From NCBI GenBank assembly GCA_963668315.1, contig OY764216.1, forward strand, positions 5,120,001-5,184,000: 64,000 nt of DNA. Direction: 5' to 3'. The first letter of the stretch is position 1, and every line of letters starts with the position of its first letter. The notes below the pieces were generated by a model. It saw nothing but the letters and a program-made list of their open reading frames with translations. It searched no databases and was not told the DNA's origin. Made by a program: the position numbers and the translations under genes. Shown piece by piece: positions 9,769 through 20,424 of the stretch. The stretch comes from Spirochaetia bacterium. Its GTDB lineage: Bacteria; Spirochaetota; Spirochaetia; DSM-2461.

Positions 9769-11660
9769 ACCCGGTAGAGCCCTAGAATCCGGAATCCCTT
9801 TACCGCGTCCCTTACATCTTCGGCTGCCTTGATAAAAGCCTCCTTGTCCTGGGGAACGTCAAAATCCACATAGAAGGAGTAACTCCAGGGTTTGCCGTGT
9901 ATCGGCCGGGATTCGATCCGCGTCATGTTCAGATGATGGCGGGCGAACAGAGCCAGACATTTGGAGAGGGACCCGGTTTCATCGGAGACCTCGAACATGA
10001 CGGTAGCCTTGTTCGGTTTGGTAACCTTAACGTTCTCGGCCCTTCCGATCACGGCGAACCGTGTATAGTTGTTCGGATTGGTTTCAATCCCGTCCCTGAT
10101 AATTTCCATATCCCAGACCCGCGCCGCTTCGTCGCTGGCTATGGCAGCCCTGTGGAGAGCGTCCTTTTCTGCGGCCAGATCGGCCACGGCTCCGGAGGTA
10201 TCGTAGGCGGGAATCGGCGCCAGCTTATGCTCCCTGATAAAACGCTCGCACTGGGCCAGGGCCTGCGGATGGGAACGGACTTCTGTGATATCCTCCAGCT
10301 TCACGCCCTTATGGGCAATGAGATTGTGTCTTATGCGGATTTTAATCTCGCCCACAATGCTGATATCGGGATTCAGATTCAAAAGATCATAGTTTTCCAG
10401 AATAGAACCGGCCAGAGAGTTCTCCACGGGGATCATACCCCAGTCGGCTTTGCCCTTGAGAACCGAGTCGAAGACCTCTTCGAAGGAGCCGCAGGGAAGG
10501 GATTCCGCTTTATCCTCGGGAAAATAGTGCTTCAAAGCCTTCTCGCTGTAGGCACCGGGGGCTCCCTGAAAAGCGACCCGGCAGCTGTCTCCCGAGAAAC
10601 TGACCTTTTCATCCACCGCGGCGGAAAGATTATGATTTTCGGGCAGACGGGCCACTTCCTTCCCCACCACGGGGGCGAGGGCTTCCACATCGTGTACAAG
10701 CTTGGCGAACTGTTCGGGATAGAGAGACTGGGCCCCGTCGGAAACGGCCTGGTCCGGATCGGGATGCACCTCGACTATCAGACCGTTCGCTCCGGCGGCG
10801 ACGCCTGCCAGGGCCATGGGAAGAACTTTATTCCTGATACCCGTTCCGTGGGAAGGATCCACGATGACCGGCAGATGGCTGAGTTTGCGGACAATGGGGA
10901 TGGCGGAGATATCCAGGGTATTCCTGGTATAGGTCTCGAAGGTGCGTATGCCCCTTTCACAGAGAATGACCTTGTCCGTACCGGAGGAGAGCAGATATTC
11001 CGCCGCCATGAGCCACTCGTTTATCGTGGCGGACAGTCCCCGCTTGAGTATGACGGGCATACCCATGGAGCCGACGGTCTTCAGAAGCTCGAAATTCTGC
11101 ATATTCCGTGCGCCTATCTGATAAACGTCGATATAATCGGCCATGCCTTCCACATCCCCGGTAGCCACGACTTCGGTGACGACGGGCATGCCTGTTGCTT
11201 CGCCCGCTTCCTTGAGGAGCTTCAATCCTTCAAAGCCCAGTCCCTGGAAGGAGTAAGGCGATGTACGCGGTTTGAAGGCACCGCCCCTGAGCATGACGCC
11301 TCCCGCGTCCTTGACCGCCCGGGCCGCGGTCATGATCTGTTCCCGCGATTCCACGGCGCAGGGACCGCCGATAATGACGATGCGCGATCCCCCCACGGTA
11401 ACAGGCCCTACGGAAAAGACCGTATCCTCCCTGTGAAGTTCCCGGGAAGCCAGCTTATATGGCTTGGAAATGGGAATAACACGGGCAACACCCGGCAGAA
11501 GTTCAATGTGTCTCTGATCGATAGAGACCTGTCCCACAGCACCCAGAATAGTCTCCTTCTCGCCCACGATTTCGCGGACCTGAAGACCTCTTCCACTGAG
11601 GAAATCCTTTATATAGGTTTTTTCCTTTTCCGATACACCTGTTTCCAATACGATAATCAT
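9765..11660 (-). CDS. aroF: Bifunctional DAHP synthase (class I-beta) / prephenate dehydratase
   Basis: [27 protein letters not shown]-terminal [25 protein letters not shown] and ESRP ACT domain. Confidence 0.93.
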   Translation of the reverse strand: MIIVLETGVSEKEKTYIKDFLSGRGLQVREIVGEKETILGAVGQVSIDQRHIELLPGVARVIPISKPYKLASRELHREDTVFSVGPVTVGGSRIVIIGGPCAVESREQIMTAARAVKDAGGVMLRGGAFKPRTSPYSFQGLGFEGLKLLKEAGEATGMPVVTEVVATGDVEGMADYIDVYQIGARNMQNFELLKTVGSMGMPVILKRGLSATINEWLMAAEYLLSSGTDKVILCERGIRTFETYTRNTLDISAIPIVRKLSHLPVIVDPSHGTGIRNKVLPMALAGVAAGANGLIVEVHPDPDQAVSDGAQSLYPEQFAKLVHDVEALAPVVGKEVARLPENHNLSAAVDEKVSFSGDSCRVAFQGAPGAYSEKALKHYFPEDKAESLPCGSFEEVFDSVLKGKADWGMIPVENSLAGSILENYDLLNLNPDISIVGEIKIRIRHNLIAHKGVKLEDITEVRSHPQALAQCERFIREHKLAPIPAYDTSGAVADLAAEKDALHRAAIASDEAARVWDMEIIRDGIETNPNNYTRFAVIGRAENVKVTKPNKATVMFEVSDETGSLSKCLALFARHHLNMTRIESRPIHGKPWSYSFYVDFDVPQDKEAFIKAAEDVRDAVKGFRILGLYRV

Positions 11661-11798
11661 GGCAGATATGATAAGCCAAAAAGAGGGATTGGGGAACCAT
11701 TTCCCTCTCGGGGACAGGAACTTTTATCTCTTTTTTTTTACGGGATTTTCTATTTCGGAACATGTGAAATTGCAAATAATTCAACTATATTTGCAAAC

Positions 11799-11844
11799 TA
11801 CATTCTTGTAGTCTATTGACCATAAAACTACAAAAATGTACAGT
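11799..11844 (+). promoter_or_regulatory. Tandem TACA-N4-TGTA sites overlapping the sigma70 promoter (TTGACC-N17-TACAGT) of the NifA-like gene
   Basis: TACATTCTTGTA at 11799 and TACAAAAATGTA at 11829, 30 bp apart. Confidence 0.65.
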
Positions 11845-11852
11845 AAACCACT

Positions 11853-13439
11853 ATGGATATCAGCTCCCAGCACTATAGAAGAAAAATTCAGGAATTGACT
11901 CTTCTTTTTGAAATAAGCCAACTTCTCGATGGTAATCCCGACATAAAAACGGTCATAAAACCCCTTCTGGAGTCCATGGCCGAAAATATGGGGATGCACA
12001 GGGGAACAATAACCCTGATGAACAGGGCTACCCAGGAAATAAGCATCCAGGCCGCCTACGGACTGACCGATGCGGAGATGAGCAAGGGAACTTACCATAT
12101 CGGAGAGGGCATAACGGGACGGGTCGTAGCGACGGGAGAACCGGTCGTCGTCCCCAATGTATCAAAGGATCCCTCCTTTCTCAACAGGACGGGGACCAGG
12201 GAAATGGGCAGTCAGAAGGACATCTCATTCATCTGCGTTCCCATCAAAATCGGGAAGGAGACGGCGGGAACCCTGAGCGTGGACCGTCTGTTTGCCGATA
12301 ACATCAGCCTGGATGAGGATGTGAGACTTTTAAGCATTGTCGCGTCGATGATCTCCCAGGCCCTGAAACTCCGGCAGCAGCTGGAAGAGGAGAAGGCGGC
12401 ACTTGTCGCAGAGAAGGAGCAGCTTCAGAAACAGCTTCAGGAACGGTTCCAGCCCTCCAATATCATCGGCAATTCCCAGGCCATGCAGGAAGTCTACGAT
12501 CTGATCGGACAGGTTTCCCGCAGCGAGGCCACCGTACTTATCCGCGGACAGAGCGGTACGGGAAAAGAGCTGGTGGCCCACGCCATCCATTACAACAGCT
12601 TTCGCGCGGACAAGCCCTTCATCAAAGTAAACTGCGCCGCCCTTCCCGAAAGTATTATAGAGAGTGAACTCTTCGGCCATGAGAAAGGAGCCTTTACCGG
12701 AGCTCTCGCCTCCCGGAAGGGACGTTTTGAACTGGCCGACGGCGGTACGATCTTTCTGGACGAGATCGGGGAACTGACCCCCATGACCCAGGTAAAGCTT
12801 CTCAGAGTTCTTCAGGAGAGGGAAATCGAGCGGGTCGGCGGAGTGGAGACCATCAAAGTCAACGTACGGGTCGTAGCGGCGACCAACCGCTCGCTGGAAG
12901 AGGAAATTCAGAAGGGCACTTTTCGGGAGGACCTATTCTACCGGCTCAATGTTTTCCCCATCCATATCCCCGCGCTGAAAGACAGAAAAAGCGATATCAT
13001 GCAGCTGGCAGATCACTTCGTGGAGAAGTATTCCGAAAAAAACCACAAAAATGTAAAGAGAATATCCAGCCCGGCCATAGACCTTCTCATGAGCTACCAT
13101 TGGCCCGGCAACGTAAGAGAACTGGAAAACTGCATCGAACGAGCCGTTCTCGTTACAAGCGATCAGGTCATTCACAGCTACCATCTCCCCCCCAGTCTCC
13201 AGTCGGCCGAATCGACGGGAACCCGGAGCGCTTCGACCCTGCAGGAAGCTCTGGACCAGCTGGAGGAAGAGATGATAAGAGAAGCCCTCAAATCGGCCAG
13301 AGGCAACAGAGCCAAAGCCGCCAGGGAGCTGGGACTGACAGAGAGAATCATGGGGCTGCGTGTGGATAAGTTCCAGATTGATTGTAACCTGTATAAGACA
13401 AAAATGTCGGGAACTAACGACGACAATACAGAAATGTAG
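11853..13439 (+). CDS. NifA-like sigma54 enhancer-binding activator (GAF-AAA+-HTH)
   Basis: N-terminal [43 protein letters not shown]; Fis-type HTH. Confidence 0.93.
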   Translation: MDISSQHYRRKIQELTLLFEISQLLDGNPDIKTVIKPLLESMAENMGMHRGTITLMNRATQEISIQAAYGLTDAEMSKGTYHIGEGITGRVVATGEPVVVPNVSKDPSFLNRTGTREMGSQKDISFICVPIKIGKETAGTLSVDRLFADNISLDEDVRLLSIVASMISQALKLRQQLEEEKAALVAEKEQLQKQLQERFQPSNIIGNSQAMQEVYDLIGQVSRSEATVLIRGQSGTGKELVAHAIHYNSFRADKPFIKVNCAALPESIIESELFGHEKGAFTGALASRKGRFELADGGTIFLDEIGELTPMTQVKLLRVLQEREIERVGGVETIKVNVRVVAATNRSLEEEIQKGTFREDLFYRLNVFPIHIPALKDRKSDIMQLADHFVEKYSEKNHKNVKRISSPAIDLLMSYHWPGNVRELENCIERAVLVTSDQVIHSYHLPPSLQSAESTGTRSASTLQEALDQLEEEMIREALKSARGNRAKAARELGLTERIMGLRVDKFQIDCNLYKTKMSGTNDDNTEM

Positions 13440-13462
13440 CTTTTCCAGCATTCATTTTATAC

Positions 13463-13501
13463 AAGGCGGGCTTTCCGGAATGAGGAAAGCCCGCCTTTTT
13501 T
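13463..13501 (+). terminator. Intrinsic terminator
   Basis: AAGGCGGGCTTTCC/GGAAAGCCCGCCTT stem followed by a T tract. Confidence 0.85.
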
Positions 13502-13674
13502 ATCCCCTTTCGTTCTTTTTACGAAAAAGAAGATTCTACCTGATTGAACAATTAACTATTTTGTTACAATAAAAAGAATAAATCCCGATAAAAAAGTTCA
13601 CTCTCCCCTCTTCCCCTCTCCCTTCCCCTTCTATTAATGGCAGAGGACTTTGGAATACGGGGAATGGTAATAGT

Positions 13675-13690
13675 TGGCACACCCTTTGCT
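13675..13690 (+). promoter_or_regulatory. sigma54 -24/-12 promoter of amtB-glnK
   Basis: TGGCAC-ACCCT-TTGCT. Confidence 0.85.
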
Positions 13691-13814
13691 ATATATTTGG
13701 CATAGCTCCCGGAAGCTTGTGTTCGGTTCCACTGAACAGACAGAAGGGGGATAGGAGAGTTGCCCGAAAGGGTCGTTTTTAAAAAAAGAGAAACATTTTA
13801 TAGGAGAATGCAAA

Positions 13815-15140
13815 ATGAAAAAGCGTTTACTTCTGATTGCCGTACTCGCCGTACTGCTTTCACCTGCGATGATCTTCGCAGAGGACGTGGTGGATCCCTC
13901 AGCGGCTTCAGCACTTGATGCTATCTGGCTGATTATCTGTGGTGGTCTGGTCTTCTTTATGCAGGCTGGATTTGCCATGGTGGAAACCGGTCTTACCAGA
14001 GCCAAGAATGCGGGAAACATCATCATGAAGAACCTGATGGACTTTTCCGTAGGCGCCCTTCTTTACTGGGCCATCGGCTGGTCCCTCATGTACGGTCCCG
14101 ACGGAAATGGATTTATTGCTTCGGGAGATTTTTTCCTGGCCAGCGGCGATTATCTCAGCTGGTTTTTCCAGGTAGTTTTTGCCGCCACCGCTGCGACCAT
14201 CGTTTCCGGCGCCATGGCAGAAAGAACCAAGTTCACCTCCTATCTGATATACAGTGTTTTCATTTCCGCCCTGATCTATCCCATTTCCGGTCACTGGATA
14301 TGGGGCGGCGGCTGGCTCGGTTCCAAAGGTTTCCATGACTTTGCCGGTTCTACCGTCGTTCATTCCGTTGGTGGATGGGCCGCTATGATGGGTGCCATTA
14401 TCCTCGGACCCCGTATGGGTAAATATGTCAAGAAGGACGGCAAAGTAACCGTTAAGGCTATCCTGGGCCACAACCTGCCCCTGGCTGCCCTTGGTGTATT
14501 CATCCTCTGGTTCGGCTGGTATGGATTCAATGCCGGTTCTACCCTGGGCGCTTCCTACGACGGCGCTGCTCTGGATATGGCCAAAGTAGCCGTAACCACG
14601 ACGCTTGCCGCTTCCCTCGGTGCCGTATTCGCCATGTTCACCAGCTGGGTTCTGGGCAAAAAGCCCGATGTATCCATGTCCCTTAACGGCGCCCTGGCCG
14701 GTCTTGTCGGTATCACCGCTCCCTGTTGGGTTGTTTCACCCGGTGCCGCCATTATCATCGGTGCCGTTGCCGGTATCCTGGTTGTACTGAGCGTTGAGTT
14801 TTTTGATAAGGTCCTTCATATCGACGATCCGGTCGGTGCTATTTCCGTACACGGCGTCTGCGGTGTCTGGGGAACCCTGTCCGTCGGTCTCTTCGGCGAC
14901 CTTGACATGATTTCTTCCCTGACCGGCGTAACATTGACGAGAGGCGGCCAGATCGGCGTACAGCTCCTCGGTATCGTATCCGTTTTCTTCTGGGTTGCCA
15001 TCACGGCCGGTATCCTCTTCCTCGTTGTAAAGAAGACCGTCGGTCTGAGAGTCGGTGAAGTTGAAGAGCTCCGCGGTCTTGATATTGATGAGCATGGAAC
15101 TGAGTCCTACTCCGGATTCCAGATCTTCCAGAACATGTAA
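13815..15140 (+). CDS. amtB: Ammonium transporter
   Basis: FMQAGF, DFAGSTVVH, WFGWYGFNAGS and DDPVGAISVHG motifs. Confidence 0.97.
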   Translation: MKKRLLLIAVLAVLLSPAMIFAEDVVDPSAASALDAIWLIICGGLVFFMQAGFAMVETGLTRAKNAGNIIMKNLMDFSVGALLYWAIGWSLMYGPDGNGFIASGDFFLASGDYLSWFFQVVFAATAATIVSGAMAERTKFTSYLIYSVFISALIYPISGHWIWGGGWLGSKGFHDFAGSTVVHSVGGWAAMMGAIILGPRMGKYVKKDGKVTVKAILGHNLPLAALGVFILWFGWYGFNAGSTLGASYDGAALDMAKVAVTTTLAASLGAVFAMFTSWVLGKKPDVSMSLNGALAGLVGITAPCWVVSPGAAIIIGAVAGILVVLSVEFFDKVLHIDDPVGAISVHGVCGVWGTLSVGLFGDLDMISSLTGVTLTRGGQIGVQLLGIVSVFFWVAITAGILFLVVKKTVGLRVGEVEELRGLDIDEHGTESYSGFQIFQNM

Positions 15141-15154
15141 GGAGAGAGAACAAG

Positions 15155-15496
15155 ATGAAATTGATAGTAGCATACATTCAGCCTGATAAGCTCAATGCCG
15201 TTAAGCAGGAGCTTTACAAGGAAGAAGTTTACAAGATGTCCGTAACCAACGCTATGGGATGCGGCCAGCAGATGGGTTACACCGAAACCTACCGTGGTGT
15301 AGAAGTGGAAGTTAACCTTCTGAAGAAGATCCGCATGGAGATCGCCGTTAATGCCGCTTTCGTGGACAAAACTGTTGATGCCATCATTCGGGGCGCCCGC
15401 TCCGGTGAAATCGGAGATGGAAAGATTTTTATTCTTCCCATTGAAGAGTGCATCAGAATCAGAAGCGGAGAGAAAGGCGAAGGCGCCATCGGTTAA
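15155..15496 (+). CDS. glnK: PII nitrogen regulatory protein
   Basis: G.GQQ.G..ETYRG; GEIGDGKIF; adjacent to amt. Confidence 0.93.
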   Translation: MKLIVAYIQPDKLNAVKQELYKEEVYKMSVTNAMGCGQQMGYTETYRGVEVEVNLLKKIRMEIAVNAAFVDKTVDAIIRGARSGEIGDGKIFILPIEECIRIRSGEKGEGAIG

Positions 15497-15566
15497 TCCG
15501 ATTCTTTCCCAATTATACGGGGCGGCCCGGCCGCCCCGGCTTTCCCAAAACCAAAACCAAACCAGA

Positions 15567-15590
15567 AGACTCCGCGAGGGGTCTTTTTTT
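15567..15590 (+). terminator. Intrinsic terminator after glnK
   Basis: AAGACTCC-GCGA-GGGGTCTT followed by a T tract; a second GC hairpin at ~15519-15537. Confidence 0.75.
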
Positions 15591-15651
15591 ATAAAGGAAT
15601 AGAGTTTTTCATAAGAAAGCACTAGAATAGTAAACAGAAGGAGCTCATTTC

Positions 15652-17772
15652 ATGAAAAGAATCTCCCTTTTCCTGCTAATTATGTTAAATTCCATTATAC
15701 TCGTCGGACAGACTATATCCAGCGGATTGACTGTGTCACCGCAGTTTGTTATTCCTCTCGGAGCGGAAAGGAAAAATTACCTGATAGGTTCCGGATTGAA
15801 GATGGAATATCTTACTTCCTTGCCTTCAGTAGAAATGCTTGCCGCCGGATTAGAGGCTGATTACCTTCTCAATCCGCTTAATCTCGATCAACCCTATTTT
15901 TCTACTGATACGAACCTGAGCCTTATCAATTTCGCTTTGAATCTAAAGGGCGCGCTCCCCCTGGGAGATCAGCTTATCCTATGGACTGGAATCGGAGGGG
16001 GGGGCACCTACGCTATGCTCAGGGGCGATAAAGAGGGAAACGCCCTAGGGTACAACTGGAAAGCGGGGATGGGTATGACCTTCCAATTCAGTAACAGAAC
16101 CAGCTTTCTCCTTGATGCATCCTACCTTTCCCAGGTAGATCTTTACAACGGCCTCTCACTGAGCCTGGGTTTCTCAAGCCGATTAGGAGGCAGCGGTTCA
16201 TCTGTCATTCCCCGGGAAAGTTATTACCCGACCCATCCAGGAAATATTCAGGATGGAGGGCTCATAGAGTTTCTCGATGTACAGATGGAGAAAATTTTCC
16301 CCGTTCTGTATAAGCATTACCTTACCCACCCGATTGGCAAGGCAATAATCAGAAATAAAGGTAAAATACCCCTTGATGATATAGATATTTTCTTCTCCAC
16401 CGAGCGCTATATGGATAATCCCATCTTAAGCGCCCATATTGAAAGCTTGTTACCGGGGGAAACGCGTGATGTGAATATTACAGCCCTGTTCAACGAAGAG
16501 ATTCTAAGCATCACCGAAGGAGCCAAGCTTGCGGCAAACCTGAAAGCCGAATACACAGCAAGCGGCTCAAAGACTTTTGATGAAGACAGACTGACCGTTG
16601 AAACATGGCACAGGAACGCCATGACCTGGGATGATGACCGGAAGATAGCTGCATTTGTCACCCCCCGGGACGAAGAGATTCAAAAGCTTGCCAGAAATAC
16701 TGCCTCCGATATACGGAATACGGGCCTCATGACCTTCAGCCATGATTTCCAGCTGGCCATAGCCCTGCTTGAACTGATGGATGCCATAGGATGCACCTAT
16801 GTCATCGATCCTCAGTCGTCCTATGAGGATTTTTCAGAAAACGCATTTGAAGTGGATTCTATACAATTTCCCAGGCAGACACTTCAATTCCGGGCGGGGG
16901 ATTGTGATGATCTCTCCTCGGCGTATAACGCCCTTCTGGAAGCTGTGTCCATTCCAACCGCCTTTATAACCGTGCCGGGTCACATATTCTCCGCCTTCAA
17001 ACTCAATCAAACCATGGAAGAAGCGCGGCATATGTTCAGCAGTACGGATAACTTTATAATGATACAGGATGATGAGAACCCCGATGATCCGAGGAACGGG
17101 ATCTGGGTACCCGTGGAAACGACAGCCCTATCGCGGGGATTTGTTAATGCCTGGGAACTGGGAGCGCGCCAGTGGAAAAGCGGCCAAGGAGAACTGATTG
17201 CCGTTGCCGATGCCTGGAAGACCTACGAACCTGTAGCCTTCGGAGTTTCCCACACCGAACTGCCCCTACCCGAAAACGACGATGTGGACTACCTCTTTAC
17301 AAGGGAGCTCGATAAGTTTGTCGGGCGGGAGCTTTCCTACCGCGAGCGCCCCTTCCTAGCCCGTCTGCAGAAGTCTCCCGGAGACGTGAGAATACTCAAT
17401 TCACTGGGTGTTCTTTATGCTCGTTACGATAGATGGGACAGGGCGGAAGAACTTTTTCTGCAGGCCATGCCGGAAGAGATGGCCATGATAAATATGGGGA
17501 ACCTGAAATACCTCTCAGGCCGATACGCAGAGGCGGAAGAGTACTACCGCCGTGTGTTAGAAGCAGAGCCGGAGCAGCCTCGGGCTCTCCTGGGGATAAT
17601 ACAGACAGCCCAGGCGCTGGAAAAGGACGAAATGGCCGACGAGTACGAAAGAAAGCTGAGGGAAATCGCCCCCGAACTGGCCGAACGGTATACTTCATCA
17701 ACAGAAAAAGAGGGAGCAAACAAAGCTTCGTCTGTCCTGACGAATAATAATCTGATCATTTGGGAGGAATAA
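15652..17772 (+). CDS. Exported multidomain protein: OM beta-barrel-like N-terminus, transglutaminase-like core, TPR repeats
   Basis: Signal peptide; amphipathic beta-strands; GDCDD...PGHIF...WVPVETT; LNSLGVLY and NMGNLKY TPRs. Confidence 0.7.
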   Translation: MKRISLFLLIMLNSIILVGQTISSGLTVSPQFVIPLGAERKNYLIGSGLKMEYLTSLPSVEMLAAGLEADYLLNPLNLDQPYFSTDTNLSLINFALNLKGALPLGDQLILWTGIGGGGTYAMLRGDKEGNALGYNWKAGMGMTFQFSNRTSFLLDASYLSQVDLYNGLSLSLGFSSRLGGSGSSVIPRESYYPTHPGNIQDGGLIEFLDVQMEKIFPVLYKHYLTHPIGKAIIRNKGKIPLDDIDIFFSTERYMDNPILSAHIESLLPGETRDVNITALFNEEILSITEGAKLAANLKAEYTASGSKTFDEDRLTVETWHRNAMTWDDDRKIAAFVTPRDEEIQKLARNTASDIRNTGLMTFSHDFQLAIALLELMDAIGCTYVIDPQSSYEDFSENAFEVDSIQFPRQTLQFRAGDCDDLSSAYNALLEAVSIPTAFITVPGHIFSAFKLNQTMEEARHMFSSTDNFIMIQDDENPDDPRNGIWVPVETTALSRGFVNAWELGARQWKSGQGELIAVADAWKTYEPVAFGVSHTELPLPENDDVDYLFTRELDKFVGRELSYRERPFLARLQKSPGDVRILNSLGVLYARYDRWDRAEELFLQAMPEEMAMINMGNLKYLSGRYAEAEEYYRRVLEAEPEQPRALLGIIQTAQALEKDEMADEYERKLREIAPELAERYTSSTEKEGANKASSVLTNNNLIIWEE

Positions 17773-17774
17773 CA

Positions 17775-20330
17775 ATGAATGCAAAAAAATACCTTACGAT
17801 GTTTCTGCTTCCTTTATTGTTCTTATTTTCCTGCGACAATATGAGTCTGGAAGATCTCAAGGACAAGATCGAAGATACTGTCGAAGAAAGCCAGGAACCG
17901 GAAACAGCTGAAACATTGTATGGGGAGATTTCTCTGAGCTACCATGACGGAACGGAAGATGTTACGATTTATCAGGGCTCTTCGAAGAGTCCCTTTGCCA
18001 ATACGCCTCTTAACCAGACCGAACAGGTAATCTTTACCATAACCAATATCGGCAAGGGAATTCTTAATTTAGGCTCGGTACCGATTGAGCTCTCTGAGAA
18101 TGATGATGACTGCTATGAAATCAGCGCCGACCCGGTTACGACCATACTGGCAGAAGGAGAAAGTACCAATTTCACCCTCAGTTTTACGAACAAGAGCAAC
18201 GAAGGGCAGTCTGTCACGGTGACCCTTTACAGTAACGATCCCGACGAGGAGGCTCTCCAGTTTCAAATAAGCGATAATGCTCTCCCCGCTTTAAGCCTCT
18301 CCATAGAGGGGACAGCAATACAGAACGGCGCCTCCACAGAGGCCTTCGAAGGGCTGCTGAGTTCTAAGGAAAGAACCATAACCATAACTCTTCGAAACTC
18401 GGGCAGTGCCGATTTGAACTTCCCTACCGATCCAGTAACATTTACCGGTACTGACAGTGACCTCTTTGCGTTAAGCTCCGCCCCCCCTTCTCAAGTACTG
18501 GCCCCTGAAGAGGAAACCACCCTTGAGATTATGCTCTCCCCTATGGGAAAAACAGGAGATTTGACAGCAGAGGCGAACTTTTACACCGAGGGTGTTTCCC
18601 TACCGCTTTTTACCCTTTTGTGTCCCTGCTATTCCACGGAGTTTACTCTAAGCCCCTTTTCCGGCGAGATTACCGACACGGAGACCGTCCTGGATTGGAA
18701 CGATATCGAAAGAGCCGATCGCTACCAGTTGCAAATTGCCACTGATACCTCTTTCGTAAGCGGATATATCGTCCTTGACGACACCCTGGAACAATCAGAC
18801 ACAATCATACCCGAACTTCCTAATAACAGCTCATTATTCTGGCGCGTCCGCTGGAGCGGAAATGATTACGGCTGGAGCGACTGGACGACGGCCGCAGAAA
18901 TCACGACGAATTTCGATTATTACGTGACCTACCACAACACCGACGCTGCCAGCGGCACAGTCCCCGTGGACAGCTCGGCCTACAAAGCAGGAACTTCCGC
19001 AACAATTCTGGGGAATCCCGGAAATCTGACAAGAGAAGGATTCGCACTGCGGGGCTGGATGGATGCCGAAGGGCGCGAGTTTTCGGAAGGGACGGCCGTC
19101 ACCATTGATAGCCATTTGGATCTCTATCCCATATGGAAACAGCAAATTACCATCAGTTTCTATGGAAACGGAGCGACTTCGGGTGATACGGCGGATATTA
19201 CCGGATATGAAGGAGACAAGATCAGCCTGCCCGCTTGCGGTTATTCAAAGATAGATACGAATCCCTATTATACGACGGTTTATATTTGCATCGGATGGAC
19301 ATTGGACCTTTCCCAGGTGGCCTATCAGGAAGGAGAAGAGTTTGTTCTGGGATCTTCCGATATTGCACTGTTTCCCCTCTGGATGAGCCTGATTCAGGAA
19401 ACGAGTGACGGCCAGTACATGATAGCCGAAGATGAAAAAAACACCTTAAAGATCACTGCATACAACCCCTATCTCTCTAGTCCAGAAACATTGAATATTC
19501 CTTCCGAATTCAGCGGGCATCCCGTTACTTCCCTGGAAGGTGATTTTAGCTTATCCAACAGCACGACCACCATCATAATCCCGGATAGTGTAAAAAGAGT
19601 AGGAGAAATGAACCTACAGACATCGGAACTTATAACTATCGACTTTGGAGATACGGAAGATCTGGCTGATGAAGCTTTTAAAAACAGCACCCAGCTCGAA
19701 TACATAACGGGAAATATCGATCATATCGGAACATCCGCCTTTGAAGGATGTACGTCCCTTAACGGTTCCGGCGGAATCTATCTCAATGTGGAAACAGTGG
19801 GGGACCGTGCTTTTTACGGATGCACATCTCTGGAAGATATGGAATTAACCGGACATACCGATTCAATCGGCACACGGGCCTTTGAGGGATGCACTTCGCT
19901 GAGCGGGATTTTCTTCTGGAATGGCGTGGGAACCATCGGAGACTATGCATTTTTCAGTACAGAGAATCTGAGTTATGTCTGTTTTCACAACTCCATGGAT
20001 TATGATTTCAGTACCCACAATTTCTGGGGGACCTGGCCTGCGGAGAACTGCACGTCTATTGGAACAGGTGCCTTTGGGGATAACTTCTCCCTCGCGTACA
20101 TTACCCTACCCGAGTCCATAGAGTATATAGGGGATAGCGCCTTTGCAAACTATGACTTGAGAGCCAGATTCCTGGGTTCCACCCTGCCGGAAATTGAAGG
20201 TTCCCCTTTTACCTACCTCCCCGATTATCCCTATGAACAGCTACGGATAGAGGTTCCTTCGATGGAAAGCTATTTATATGCCGAAGATAGCGACTGGATG
20301 CAGTATAGCCGATTTATCTATACCTACTGA
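17775..20330 (+). CDS. Surface lipoprotein with Ig-like domains, InlB B-repeats and BspA-type leucine-rich repeats
   Basis: Lipobox LFSC; FTITNIG..SNDPDE Ig domains; VTYHN..GW and FYGNGATSG repeats; IG..AF.GC.SL repeats. Confidence 0.85.
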   Translation: MNAKKYLTMFLLPLLFLFSCDNMSLEDLKDKIEDTVEESQEPETAETLYGEISLSYHDGTEDVTIYQGSSKSPFANTPLNQTEQVIFTITNIGKGILNLGSVPIELSENDDDCYEISADPVTTILAEGESTNFTLSFTNKSNEGQSVTVTLYSNDPDEEALQFQISDNALPALSLSIEGTAIQNGASTEAFEGLLSSKERTITITLRNSGSADLNFPTDPVTFTGTDSDLFALSSAPPSQVLAPEEETTLEIMLSPMGKTGDLTAEANFYTEGVSLPLFTLLCPCYSTEFTLSPFSGEITDTETVLDWNDIERADRYQLQIATDTSFVSGYIVLDDTLEQSDTIIPELPNNSSLFWRVRWSGNDYGWSDWTTAAEITTNFDYYVTYHNTDAASGTVPVDSSAYKAGTSATILGNPGNLTREGFALRGWMDAEGREFSEGTAVTIDSHLDLYPIWKQQITISFYGNGATSGDTADITGYEGDKISLPACGYSKIDTNPYYTTVYICIGWTLDLSQVAYQEGEEFVLGSSDIALFPLWMSLIQETSDGQYMIAEDEKNTLKITAYNPYLSSPETLNIPSEFSGHPVTSLEGDFSLSNSTTTIIIPDSVKRVGEMNLQTSELITIDFGDTEDLADEAFKNSTQLEYITGNIDHIGTSAFEGCTSLNGSGGIYLNVETVGDRAFYGCTSLEDMELTGHTDSIGTRAFEGCTSLSGIFFWNGVGTIGDYAFFSTENLSYVCFHNSMDYDFSTHNFWGTWPAENCTSIGTGAFGDNFSLAYITLPESIEYIGDSAFANYDLRARFLGSTLPEIEGSPFTYLPDYPYEQLRIEVPSMESYLYAEDSDWMQYSRFIYTY

Positions 20331-20424
20331 AAAAAATCCATTTGCATTCCCCCCTCCCCTCTCTTACAGTTATAGAAGGGAGAGGAAAGGGAGAATCGGC
20401 CTGACAGCCGAGATTCAAGAAAGG

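Noticed and set aside
11853..13439. Nitrogen fixation inferred from the NifA-like gene
   Set aside because: No nif structural genes in the window; the predicted targets are amtB and glnA
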